64,000 nt of DNA from Eledone cirrhosa. Lineage: Eukaryota. The stretch spans positions 7,130,001 to 7,194,000 of the forward strand of contig OZ024752.1 of the NCBI GenBank assembly GCA_964016885.1, given 5' to 3'. Under the pieces are notes generated by a model that worked only from the letters and a program-made list of their open reading frames with translations, made no database searches and was not told the origin of the DNA. The position numbers and the translations under genes were made by a program. Shown here one piece after another: positions 27,725 through 40,967 of this stretch (its first letter is position 1; each line of letters opens with the position of its first letter).

Positions 27725-27920
27725 TATAATAATTGTTTCTACTTTTGGCACAAGGCCAGCAGTTATCCCAGTACATTACTGGTACTTTATTTTATCGACC
27801 CCGTAAGGATGAAAGGCAAAGTTAACCTCGGCAGGATTTGAACTCAGATCGTAAAGGGATGTGACTATGCTGGAAAGCATGGCGTCCGACTCTCTACCTA
27901 TACTGCCAATCCACCATCCT
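27725..27920 (-). mobile_element. tRNA-derived SINE (same family as 11491)
   Basis: Reverse complement of the SINE tail, core and B-box (GGATTTGAACTC). Confidence 0.88.
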
Positions 27921-29410
27921 TAGATTTGAATTATAATAATACAAACTTAATTGGTTACCAATTCACCACTCCTAGATTGGTAAGGCAAAACTGACCTCAG
28001 CATGATTTGAACTCAGAAAGCAATGACCCAGAACAAATGCCAAGGCATTCAATCTGATGCCTGAATGACTGTCAATTCACTGCCTTGCTGATTTACAAGA
28101 TCAGCCGAAAAAATGTAATGCTTTTTCTTTTTACTGTTTTTGATAATTAATCTATTGTTTTGTTTATTCTATAATCTGTAAACTGGTTGACATTAGGAAA
28201 GTCATCCACCTGTAAAAACCAAAACCAATTAGAACATGTCTGAGTGAAACAGTCCTCCAACTGCCCCGGAAAAAAAACTTAGAATGCTAATGCTAAGTCA
28301 AAAAGGCCATGGTATTAAAAGAGTTAATCTTATTTTCTTTCATGACACAAATAAGGTTAATTACATTCTAAGTGTATGATTACAATCAAGGTAGTAAATT
28401 AATCCTCAGGTAAAATTTCTACATCAAACAGTAAAATGTAATTAACAGTAAAATTGAAGAAAAACAGTAAAACTATTTTAGCAGACTTTAAAATCTCCAT
28501 TGATAAAAATGTTACATTTTCTTATCAATTGATGTCGAAGTTGATATTAAAGTTGTTTTCTTAACTGAAATCTAAAGTTTCAAGTATCAAATGAAATACC
28601 TGACCATGAATAACTGAGCTTAAACACCAATACCAACATTACTTTACCAACAATACAATACCAACAATAATTTACCCCATACCTCACTTAATCCTTGGTA
28701 GACCCATACCATGCTTAATCAGAAAAATCCCCAAAGTAAGTACATGACTGATTGAATGCCGTACAATATTTGTTAGTCACTTCTTCCACACTAAAGATGA
28801 GATGGTTTCAGACCTGTTGTTGTGAGAGATCTCCTCTACCAGAAAGCTCAGATACCAGGATACCATAGCAAGAGACACTGGACAAGGATGACCTACACAT
28901 CTTGGTGGGAAACAGAGACTGTTGATGTGAAGTTGTGCTTGTCTCACCTAAGGGTGATGGATTAGAAGACAGAAAGTTCAGATACCAGGATACCATAGCA
29001 AGAGGATGGGAAGCTGAGACTGTTGGCGTGAAGTTATGTTTGCTATCTTATCTAAGGGCAATAGATAAGATAACCCTTTTGATACCAACCTAGCCAAAAC
29101 CTCTAGTTCTATGAAACAAAATCACTCATTTTAAAGAGATCCTATTTAAATTAAGATCTTCCAACATAATTTTATATAAGAACCATATGTTAAGTTACTA
29201 TTTTAGTAATGAAATAATAGTTTCAATAAATTCATCAAAATTCTTCATTAATTAAAAAAGAAATCCTGTCACAAAAATGTTATTCTTTTGATTAGCATGT
29301 TTTTTATGATCAAGTACTTAGCTTTGATCTAGAATCAACATACTGTGGAGGAGTTGACTTTAGTTTTAATTCAGGATCAACAGATTTTGAAAGAGTAAAT
29401 TTTAGCTTAA

Positions 29411-30095
29411 CCCTTTAGCATTTCTTCTTGTGGTGCTAAACTCCGCCAGTTGCAGACTGCACATCAACATTTGATATCTCTCTCTACAAAGTTCGATCAC
29501 CAGCAGCAGAGTTTAAAGAGCAAAGATCAAGTCCAGTCCATAAGTTGACATTATCAAGCCATCGTTTTGGCTGCCAGCCTCTGCTTCTTTTACCAGCCAA
29601 CCTTCCTTCCAAGCATAACCTACTCACACCATGAGTTGATCTTTTTATATGACCGTATAGTTTGAGTACTCTTGACTTGACAATTGATGTAATTGGTCTA
29701 AGTTTGGTAATGTTGAGCAGCTCACTGATACAGATACGGTCCCTGAGCTGTTTGTCAGTCATAAGTCTCATGATGTGGTTCTGGAATGTAGAGAACTTTT
29801 GAAGTGACCTTGTCGTCCAATTAACAGTCAAGACCATATAACACAACTGGTAGGATGTAAGGATCAAAGATCTTAGCATTCAAATGATAGGAAACTTTAG
29901 CATTTACTATTGTATTTTCACGGTAAACACTTTATTTCACATAATTATCACATAATATTGAATCAACAAGATTTTGATATTATTTGTTTTGAGGAAAATA
30001 CCTTAACATAAGTATGAGCAGCTGGTTAAGGATGGTTTCAACAGAAAGAGGTGAGAGAATTCAGGCCGGATATGGCCAGTTTAAATACTAAAGGG
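29411..30095 (-). mobile_element. piggyBac-type MITE family A, copy 4, interrupted by an RTE LINE
   Basis: TTAA|CCCTTTAGCATTT at 29407-29423; body resumes at 29895; ends AAATACTAAAGGG|TTAA. Confidence 0.88.
29424..29894 (-). mobile_element. 5'-truncated RTE-clade LINE (ORF C-terminus)
   Basis: ORF 29484-29879: KFSTFQNHIMRLM..VKSRVLKLYGHIKRS..LEGRLAGKRSRGWQPKRWLDNV; short (AAG) tail; 11-bp TSD CTTTAGCATTT at 29413-29423 and 29895-29905. Confidence 0.88.
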
Positions 30096-30544
30096 TTAAA
30101 TCTAGGGTTGGCATATTTGATAGTGTAGGCTTTATCTTTGATCCAAATAACTCTACTAGTGTTTTTATATATTTTAATTTGAAAATGTTCACATTACATA
30201 CTACCTTGAGTTTCTTTGATGGTGGAAACCTGGATTATATTTTCACAAGATACAATCCCACTAAAACCACTCACATCACAGACATTGATGGAGTATATAA
30301 CTATGAAATATATTTGAGGTGAGTAAAAATGTCTTTTACTAGCTCTAGAACATTCTTACCCTTAGTTTTATCCCATTAGCAATCTATCATCCTTCACATG
30401 TTTCTATAGAAACATGTGAAGAATTTCTTCCTATTACAAGTTTATCATTTTTTTCTAACACAGCTCTGTTAATGAAGAATATAGAGAAACTTACATCCAT
30501 GGAGGTTTCTTTAACTCTTTTGGTGCCAACCCAACTGAGATGAC

Positions 30545-30812
30545 CCCTTTACCATTTACGTTACTCTATATATACTATTGTATTTTCACAGTAAAGGCTT
30601 TACCTCATAATATCTCACATAACATTTACATTATATATACTATTGTATTTTCACAGTAAAGGCTTTACTTCACATAATATCTCACATAATATTGAATCTA
30701 TGAGATTTTGATATTATTTATTTTGAGAACAATACCTTAACATTAGTATGAGTGGCCAGTTATGGCTTGTTTGAGCTGAAAGAGGTGAGAGAATTCTGGC
30801 CAGTTTAAATGT
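30545..30812 (-). mobile_element. MITE family A, copy 5 (~2 units, eroded end), inside a family B copy (~30511-30975)
   Basis: Starts CCCTTTACCATTTAC; family A body; other end fused to family B TTTATATTTATCTAAAAACCTTCC; TTAA flanks not retained. Confidence 0.8.
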
Positions 30813-31302
30813 TTATATTTATCTAAAAACCTTCCTTCGTAATTTTATGTAAGAACCTTTGTTAAGTTATGCTCAAAACACCAGCACAATATCGAGTTAT
30901 ATTAATAAACCCCTCCAAATTATTTGGAAATTATACAGTGGTTTTCATTAAAAATATGGTATAGGAATGGTTAAAGTGTTTATCTTATCTTAACATGAAT
31001 AATTCCACCATTTACCACTCTGTATTAGTACTTTATTTTAACAACTTTGAAAAGATGAAATGCAAAGTTGACTTTGGCAGGATTTGAACTCAGAATGCCA
31101 AGAGCCAGTACAAATACAAGATATTCTATAAAGTGCTGTAACAACCTTGCCAATTCATTACCTTACATTATGTAGAAGAGTTGATGGAATATAAAATAGG
31201 GGGAAAAAAATCTTTAATTTTGCCAGTTTAAACTTTTTAATCGGTTTGTAAACCTTTTTAATACCAAACTGCCCCTGGTTCTATAATACAAAGCTGCTTT
31301 AA

Positions 31303-31721
31303 CCCTTTACCATTTACATTACTCTCTATATATACTATTGTATCTTCACAGTAAAGGCTTTATCTCACATAATATCTCACAACATTTATATTACTCTATA
31401 TATACTATTGTATTTTCACAGTAAAGGCTTTACCTCACATAATATCTCACATAATATTTACATTACTCTATATATACTATTGTATTTTCACAGTAAAGGC
31501 TTTACCTCACATAATATCTCACATAACATTTACATTACTCTATATATACTATTGTATTTTCACAGTAAAGGCTTTACCTTACATAATATCGAATCTGAGA
31601 TTTTGATATTCATTTTGAGAACAATAACTTAACATCAGTATGAGCAACCAGTTACGGCTGGTTTGAACAGAAAGAGGTGAGAGAATTCTGGCCGGATATG
31701 GCCGGTTTAAATGTTAAAGGG
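31303..31721 (-). mobile_element. MITE family A, copy 6 (~4 units), inside a family B copy
   Basis: TTAA|CCCTTTACCATTTA ... TAAATGTTAAAGGG|TTAA; flanks rejoin to family B CTGCTTTAAAGTGTTTATATTT. Confidence 0.92.
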
Positions 31722-32379
31722 TTAAAGTGTTTATATTTGTCTAAAATTCTTACATAAAAATTTTATGTAAGAACTTAAACTTATGCTCCAAACACCAGTT
31801 TAATAATTGTTTTTACTTTTGGCACAAGGCCAGCAATTACCCCAGTGCATTACTGGTACTTTATTTTATCCAGCCCGTAAGGAAGAAAGGCAAAGTTAAC
31901 TTTGGCTAGATGAATATAAAGACTTTAAAACAAAGAGTTTTGTATCAGAGACCCTGGGGTCGTTTGGCATCGAAAGGGTTAAGACTAAATAGTTATACTA
32001 TCACTGCTGATACATCTTATATAATGAACAGAGAATCTGTACAAATATAAACTGGCCAAATCAGAAACCGCTATTAGTTAGGACAACATCATAGTAACTA
32101 TGGCAATATTTTACGGCTGGGTAAACACTAGATCCTGTTTATTGAAGCCATTCTATAAAGAATTTAAAGCTAATGGCACTAAAAGTTAAGTATGATAATC
32201 ACCATGTTATCAAGACCATCACAGATAATGGAATCTCAATAGTGAAGCTTTTAGAAGATAAGAACAATTCAAAGAAATCTGGTATGATGAAGAATCTAAT
32301 GCTAAAATACTATTTATATGTCAACAGTGTTTGGTGAAACAGAAAGTGGAATTAATTGAGTAGATAAGGTTTCTTGCTG

Positions 32380-34588
32380 TGGAACTGGCTAATTAACTGA
32401 CCTGAGTCTGTTGAGAAGACTAGAATAACAGTTAAGTGTGGATTAAATGGAACTGGTTAGTTTACTGTCCTGAGTTCTGTTGAGAAGACTGGAAGAATTG
32501 TTAAGTGTGGATTAAATGGAACTGGCTAGTTTACTGTCCTGAGTTCTGTTGAGAAGACTGGAAGAGTTGTTAAGTGTGGATTAAATGGAACTGGTTAGTT
32601 TACTGTCCTGAGTTCTGTTGAGAAAACTGGAAGAATTGTTAAGTGTGGATTAAATGGAACTGGTTAGTTTACTGTCCTGAGTTCTGTTGAGAAGACTGGA
32701 AGAGTTGTTAAGTGTGGATTAAATGGAACTGGTTAGTTTACTGTCCTGAGTTCTGTTGAGAAGACTGGAAGAGTTGTTAAGTGTGGATTAAATGGAACTG
32801 GTTAGTTTACTGTCCTGAGTTCTGTTGAGAAGACTGGAATAATTGTTAAGTGTGGATTAAATGGAACTGGCTAGTTTACTGTCCTGAGTTCTGTTGAGAA
32901 GACTGGAAGAGTTGTTAAGTGTGGATTAAATGGAACTGGTTAGTTTACTGTCCTGAGTTCTGTTGAGAAAACTGGAAGAATTGTTAAGTGTGGATTAAAT
33001 GGAACTGGTTAGTTTACTGTCCTGAGTTCTGTTGAGAAGACTGGAAGAGTTGTTAAGTGTGGATTAAATGGAACTGGTTAGTTTACTGTCCTGAGTTCTG
33101 TTGAGAAGACTGGAAGAACAGTTAAGTGTGGATTAAATGGAACTGGTTAGTTTACTGTCCCGAGTTCTGTTGAGAAGACTGGAAGAGTTGTTAAGTGTGG
33201 ATTAAATGGAACTGGTTAATTTACTGTCCTGAGTTCTGTTGAGAAGACTGGAAGAATTGTTAAGTGTGGATTAAATGGAACTGGTTAGTTTACTGTCCCG
33301 AGTTCTGTTGAGAAGACTGGAAGAATTGTTAAGTGTGGATTAAATGGAACTGGTTAGTTTACTGTCCTGAGTTCTGTTGAGAAGACTGGAAGAGTTGTTA
33401 AGTGTGGATTAAATGGAACTGGTTAGTTTACTGTCCCGAGTTCTGTTGAGAAGACTGGAAGAATTGTTAAGTGTGGATTAAATGGAACTGGTTAGTTTAC
33501 TGTCCTGAGTTCTGTTGAGAAGACTGGAAGAATTGTTAAGTGTGGATTAAATGGAACTGGTTAGTTTACTGTCCCGAGTTCTGTTGAGAAGACTGGAAGA
33601 GTTGCTAAGTGTGGATTAAATGGAACTGGTTAGTTTACTGTCCCGAGTTCTGTTGAGAAGACTGGAAGAGTTGTTAAGTGTGGATTAAATGGAACTGGTT
33701 AGTTTACTGTCCTGAGTTCTGTTGAGAAGACTGGAAGAATTGTTAAGTGTGGATTAAATGGAACTGGTTAGTTTACTGTCCCGAGTTCTGTTGAGAAGAC
33801 TGGAAGAATTGTTAAGTGTGGATTAAATGGAACTGGTTAGTTCACTGTCCCGAGTTCTGTTGAGAAGACTGGAAGAGTTGTTAAGTGTGGATTAAATGGA
33901 ACTGGTTAGTTTACTGTCCTGAGTTCTGTTGAGAAGACTGGAAGAATTGTTAAGTGTGGATTAAATGGAACTGGTTAGTTTACTGTCCCGAGTTCTGTTG
34001 AGAAGACTGGAAGAATTGTTAAGTGTGGATTAAATGGAACTGGTTAGTTTACTGTCCTGAGTTCTGTTGAGAAGACTGGAAGAGTTGTTAAGTGTGGATT
34101 AAATGGAACTGGTTAATTTACTGTCCTGAGTTCTGTTGAGAAGACTGGAAGAGTTGTTAAGTGTGGATTAAATGGAACTGGTTAGTTTACTGTCCCGAGT
34201 TCTGTTGAGAAGACTGGAAGAGTTGTTAAGTGTGGATTAAATGGAACTGGTTAGTTTACTGTCCTGAGTTCTGTTGAGAAGACTGGAAGAGTTGTTAAGT
34301 GTGGATTAAATGGAACTGGTTAGTTTACTGTCCTGAGTTCTGTTGAGAAGACTGGAAGAATTGTTAAGTGTGGATTAAATGGAACTGGCTAGTTTACTGT
34401 CCTGAGTTCTGTTGAGAAGACTGGAAGAGTTGTTAAGTGTGGATTAAATAGAACTGGTTAGTTTACTGTCCTGAGTTCTGTTGAGAAGACTGGAAGAGTT
34501 GTTAAGTGTGGATTAAATGGAACTGGCTAGTTTACTGTCCTGAGTTCTGTTGAGAAGACTGGAAGAGTTCTTAAGAAAGTGGATTAAA
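32380..34588. repeat. Satellite array, 69-bp unit (GTTAAGTGTGGATTAAATGGAACTGGTTAGTTTACTGTCCTGAGTTCTGTTGAGAAGACTGGAAGAATT), ~32 copies
   Basis: Direct tandem periodicity. Confidence 0.97.
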
Positions 34589-35149
34589 TGCCACAGAATT
34601 TGTTTTGGCACTTGGATTTCAAATCCTGCTATGGTCAACTTTGCTATTTTATTTATCAACCTCAAAAGGATAAAAAGCAATTAAGAGGTGATGGCTGGAT
34701 TGTCAGAACTGTTAAAATGTTAGGTGGGATGCTATACATTCTGAGTTCAAATCCAGCCCCCTCCTACCATGAGTTGCAACTGGCAGATATTATCAACAGC
34801 AAAAAGACAAATGGAAATGTTTTCCTTGGTCTGATATAATGATCAGCTCCTTTCCATTTGTATATACCATCATCATCATTTTACATCCACTTTTTCCCTG
34901 CTTGCAAGGGTGGGACAATCAAATATATATATATTTGATTTATAGAAATCAACCCCAAAGTCATTACAAATATATGCTAAATATATCAGACATTCTTGAG
35001 CAGGCTCTATAATTTACCCACCTTGGCATCTCTGATGTTAGATATATCAAGTCTGGGACCTAGCAGAAGAGTAAATGTAGACCAAAGATAGAATAAAACA
35101 ACTCTTTGTTTAGAAGAATGATTCTTTACTTATTGATCAAAGACCTAAA

Positions 35150-35369
35150 CCCTTTCATTACAATATTTCTAATGAAAGATATTGCATATGATTTTCAAAT
35201 AATTTAGAAAATAATCAACTTTCTCATTATTAAGCTGTTGTTTGGAACATAATTTAACAAAGGTTCTTATATAAAATGGAAGGTCTTTAGATAAATATAA
35301 ACACTTTATATTAAATAATTTTGTATCATAGAACCAGAGGCGATTTTAGGTGGTTCTGAGTCAAACGGG
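35150..35369 (-). mobile_element. MITE family B (~220 bp, CCC..GGG ends, TTAA-type flank; probably piggyBac-derived, older than family A)
   Basis: CCCTTTC.. and ..AAACGGG|TTAA ends; body is the reverse complement of segments at ~26565, ~29075, ~30515 and ~31250. Confidence 0.6.
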
Positions 35370-37456
35370 TTAAAACTATTGAGTTATTTAGTGGGCATGA
35401 AGAATATATATATGGTGTACAAACTACAACAAAAAAAATGGTACCAGACGAAAAAAATTCTACGTTTGAAAAGAGAAACAAATTCATAGAAAACGCCAGA
35501 ATAAAGTCCCAGTTTAAATACCATAAAAAATATAACTGGAAACATATCAATAGAGATATAAGATGGAAAAATATTGAAAACATTTAAATTCTGGTTTACA
35601 CCTGGCCAAAAATGTGACTTATTCTTGTTTACTCCACCTCTCCTCAATGAAGAGCCATCTAGGACAAGAAGATATACTACAACAGTGAATAATAATACAT
35701 ACTGCTTCCAATAATAGTTGTGAAGCTATTATTGTATTCTAGGATTTGTCTAGAACTAAATAAGAGACTACCAGGCTTTCACCTGGTTTTGGTGACACCA
35801 ATTCTCAACAGAATTTAAGACGACGTATATATATGGCTTGACAGACTTGTAAATTCTTCCAATTAAAGCTCGGAATACGACAAACACAGGTAGAAGAAGA
35901 AGAAAGCATTGATTCGTCTAATAATGGCAAATAAATAACTAACTATAATAGCTGTTGTCCACAATAGTTTGACATGAAGACGTCTGGGAAAATACGTGAG
36001 GTGTCTGGATGAATTGAAAACTAATAAAATTTATGGCCGAAGGGAAAGAGAGAATAAATAAGAACGACTGCTGTCACTTTGCAGAGATTGTGCAACACCG
36101 AATTTATTATAACATCTACAATATATTCCTTCATTAATCAATTAGACATTTCTTCTTTGTTGTTATTGTTGTTGTGCATGTAAAACCTTTGCTTTTGAGC
36201 TACAGGGTGTGACAGAGATAGGGGTGCAAACCACCTGCTTTTTAAAATACGTAATAAACCACTAAAGTGAAATTGTAAAGCAAATATCTTGTATTTTCTT
36301 TTATTGTTGTTTGTTGCTGTTGTTTTGTGCAAAGAAGTGAATATATTTCTATCTGGGTAACGAGATAGACATACTGGTAGGTCATCTTCAAATAAAATTG
36401 ATTGCGATAAGATAAGATGGAGCTATAAAAGAACGTACAGCAGAATGGAAGCAAAATATGGTGCAGAGATAGTATCAGAACATATAATGGCGTTAAGTTC
36501 GTGGCATTGCATAATAGAAAGAGAAGAGAAAAAAAAACAGAAATACGACAGAGAAGGTGGAGGAATTGAGACATAAAATAATAATTGTTACAAACACAGC
36601 GACTACATAGATGCATACACAGTGTTTATATCAATATAATTTTTGTCATTATATCGTCTCCAGAAAGATAAGAAGAGTGTGCAAGGAGAGAGAGAAAGAG
36701 AGCTAAGTGTTCGTGTATGGAACAATATTAAAGCTAGTTGCATCATGGATTTAAAATAAGGGTGGTAAGGTATGAGGAGATGCTTTGCAGAGGAGGACAA
36801 ACGGATTGTCAGGAAGATACAGGCAGACGATGTCGCCTGTCAAACGTACGCAATTATATTTATATTTATTAGCCAATATGCAACTTAGAAATGCAAATGT
36901 AAGGGATAACAGACGTTTCGCTGTTGGTGCAAAGTGATTGATGCATGCATGCATGCATGCACATGTGTATGTATGTTTGTGCACGTGTGCATGCAAGCAC
37001 GTGTGCGTATGCATGTGTACGCAATCACACGTGTACACGTCTCACGTCTCTGCCAGTATGTCTCGGCTAATGAACTAATATATATATATATATATTAGTT
37101 CATTATATATATATATATATATAGATACATGCACACCACTGTCAGTTCGTTATTTTTCATGACAGGCTCCACCATTTCCAACAACCAATCCATTGTTGAA
37201 AATGAAGCTACACAGTTGGAGCTGGAGACAGGTTGACTGTCTTCGTCGTCTCAACTAATAGAAATGCTGCCGATAGTTCTGGCGAACGGTTTACCATTTG
37301 CAACTGGGGGGGGGGGGGGGGTCGACGGCAGCAAACGTTACGTAACTTTCGGCTGTTGACCACACAATATATTCCACTTCAAGGCCAGAAATACTAACAA
37401 GTCTGCTAGCCATATAAAACGAAACTGTTTAAGCTTAACCGTCTGGTATTTTATCC

Positions 37457-37496
<40 letters not shown>

Positions 37497-39054
37497 TATA
37501 TTGTTCTCGGTATAGTGAACTAACTGTTGTGTTACTACTTTATATATATATATACACACTCACATTATAGCGTAGTGTAATTTGGTAAAGAATATCAATA
37601 TCCACAGTTAGGAAAGTACTCAATATATGGGACGAGTTATGGTTTGCAGATATTTATTACACTAACTATACTGCTGTCATTTAGACACATGTTTCTGTGG
37701 TCGTCTATTCAGCTATTTCTGAATCAGGGCCCCAAATCTTCAGATAGGAAATCAAAGAAACATTACTACCCAAATGTCAGTATAGTTGATTTAATAAAAT
37801 ACATACGTAATACATACGTAGGGGGGGGGGGGGGGTATTTCTACTGGGGGTGAATATCCCGTAATATTCTCCCGTTTAATGATGCATTTTGCCCCCGTTT
37901 AATGATAAATTTTACTCAACGGTGTTTGACTTTGCATTGAATAATAGGCAAAAGAAATTGCACTCAACATTTAGACTCAATTGCACACAAACCACATTAT
38001 TATCGACATTATCGTCAGTATTACCATTATCCATGGAAATCAATACTTTTCCAAGTGCTCTTTAAGCCTGTTTCAATGAGGCATAGTTCCAAAGTAGGGT
38101 TGTTAAAATTTAGGAACTCTTTGGAAGCAGACTCACAATAGCACTGCATATTAGACAGGGATGGTAGATAAGAACTTGAAAACAACTCAATATTACCCAT
38201 ATAACAATGTGTAATTTAACACAACGTCCTGCAGCGCATTAAACTGCATTAGCAAGACATTATAGAAAAGTACAAAACAGCATTATGCATTACATTTTTT
38301 TTTTTTAAATCAAAGTTTAGGTTACTGCACATTTTCACAACGATCTGTACGCAAGTAAAGATACTATAAACATTTGAATTAACAAACCCTTCTTTAGATA
38401 TTTTCTGCTAAATAATTCAGGGTGTTAAGATTTAAACATTATTCAAATCAAATCATTGCTAGATATAGCTCATTTGCAAGATCCTATCATAACCGAGGTG
38501 ACTTTTAAAAGCTTCCTGTACTAGTCAATAACCTATTATAGAGCAAATATGCCAATATTTTCTCTTTTAAATCATTTTAAATCACAGAATTGTTATATAA
38601 ATATAGCAATATCCATCTTTTCTTGCTGCAGTTTTTTTTTTGTTTGTTTTTTGTAGTTTCTACACCATGTATGTATTCTTCAAGATTACTAAATAATTCA
38701 ATAGTTTTAACCCTTTTCACTGAAAACCTCCCAAAACTGCCTCTGGTTCTTATCATAACCCCATTTATTTTAAAGTGCTCCCACCACTGATTATATCCTC
38801 ATAACTTTCTTAATAATGCATATTTTTTACGAAATTTTGCAGGGATCCATTTTCAAAGGTGTAGACTACGTTTCCGTTGATGGAACCCTTTTAAAAACAT
38901 TATTTATGCAATTCCTTAATGGCAGAAATGACATTACGTTTCATTTATAAAAATTTGACATTAACCCTAATTGATATTTGTCAAATTGGAAGACACGGTG
39001 AAAAAAAATGCGAATTTAGTTTAGCCTACTGCATATATATTATATTATATTATA

Positions 39055-39442
39055 CTGAGTTCAAATCCCGCCAAGGTTGACTTTGCCTTTCATCCTTACG
39101 GGGTCGATAAAATAAAGTACCAGTAATGCACTGGGTTATTGCTGGCCTTGTGCCTAAAGTAGAAACAATTATATTATATTATATTAATTAAAACATTACT
39201 GAACGAAGAACAGTAATAATGAAAGAATTTTTTTTTTAAATTAATTAATTATATGTTTTTGTTATTTTATCAATATAATCGAACAAAACGTCTGCAAAAA
39301 TGCCATAAAAATGTCATTATTAAAAAAAGTTATCCCGCCGAGGTTAACTTTGCCTTTCATCCTTACGGGGGTCGATAAAATAAAGTACCAGTAATGCACT
39401 GGAATAATTGCTGGCCTTGTGCCAAAAGTAGAAACAATTATT
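39055..39442 (+). mobile_element. Two 5'-truncated copies of the tRNA-derived SINE (39055-39172, 39334-39442)
   Basis: Core and tail match the copy at 11491. Confidence 0.88.
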
Positions 39443-39699
39443 TTAAAAAGTTATGAAAAAAAAAAAAACGAAGTGGAGTGGTAGTTTACTAAACTGTAGT
39501 TATGTGATTTATTAAAAACTAATGTTATTGTGACTGACGACATGAACAAACACACCAGTCTAGTAGTAAGGTACCCGATATAACAATTGAGGACCAAAAA
39601 CATTTCAATGGATTAGAGATATAGGTCATAAAGTTTAAAAAATATATAGTTAGAATATGCAACAATTATCGCCGCAGATCGCAAACTTGATATCATACC

Positions 39700-40230
39700 A
39701 ATTATATATATAATATATACATACATACACACATGCACATATGTACATTATATATATATACACAGACACATATGCAATATATATATATACTTATTACATG
39801 TGTGTGTATATATATGCATATATATATATAAATACATATATATAAATACATGTGTGTGTGTGTATATATATGCATATGTATATATATATATGCATATGTA
39901 TATGTATATATATATATGCATATGTGTAATATATATATGTATATGTATAATATATATATGTATATGTATAATATATATATGCATACGCATGTGTAATATA
40001 TATATGCATATGTGTAATATATATATATGCATATGTGTATATATATATATGCATATGTGTATATATATATGCATATGTGTATATATATATGCATATGTGT
40101 ATATATATGCATATGTGTATATATATATGCATATGTGTATATATATATGCATATGTGTATATATATATGCATGTGTGTATATATATATGCATGTGTGTAT
40201 ATATATATGCATGTGTATATATATATATGC

Positions 40231-40279
<49 letters not shown>

Positions 40280-40312
40280 TGTATGTGTGCATATATTCTA
40301 TATGTATATATA
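39700..40312. repeat. (TA)n/(TG)n compound microsatellite
   Basis: Low complexity; source of the YI/HM/CI ORFs. Confidence 0.95.
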
Positions 40313-40773
40313 GATTCCCTAGTTGTGTCGGGAGGTAACCACAGCTAATAAAAGTACTCAATACGTAGATAAAGTATAGACATCTTTATTATATATAGAA
40401 ATGATGTCTACGGGTCTAGAACCGTTTCATTCGTATGAAATCATCATACGGAAAAGAAGCAGTATGCTACACGCAACGAAACATTTTTACTCTACACTTT
40501 TCATTACTATTACCTGTTGCAATATGTCAGCCGCTACAGGGAATTGTTAGGTTTCAGCTATTATGCTTACCTGTTGAAATAGAATGTCACCATTAACGAG
40601 AAATAGGGTAGGTGAGTACCCTGCCATCACCCCAGCCCAATATAAACGGCGGTAAAACACTAACGCCATACCTCTTAAAATGTTAGACAGAATTCCAAGT
40701 CTCATTTTGATTTTTAATAGACTAGAATTCACTTATTTTATACCTTGCATTGCTTCATCAAAACAATTAAGAC

Positions 40774-40833
<60 letters not shown>

Positions 40834-40936
40834 TAGATGTCTGTGTGTGGTGACAGGTACTTCGTAGATGCAACGAGAATATTATCTATATGCTGGAGAA
40901 TATATATATATATATATATGCTTGCACAGAGGTGTG

Positions 40937-40967
<31 letters not shown>

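Noticed and set aside
40547-40732. ORF with a strong minus-strand donor CAG|GTAAGC at ~40571, as candidate MAGI exon 2
   Set aside because: I saw no resemblance to the conserved post-PDZ0/GK-start sequence and no convincing acceptor
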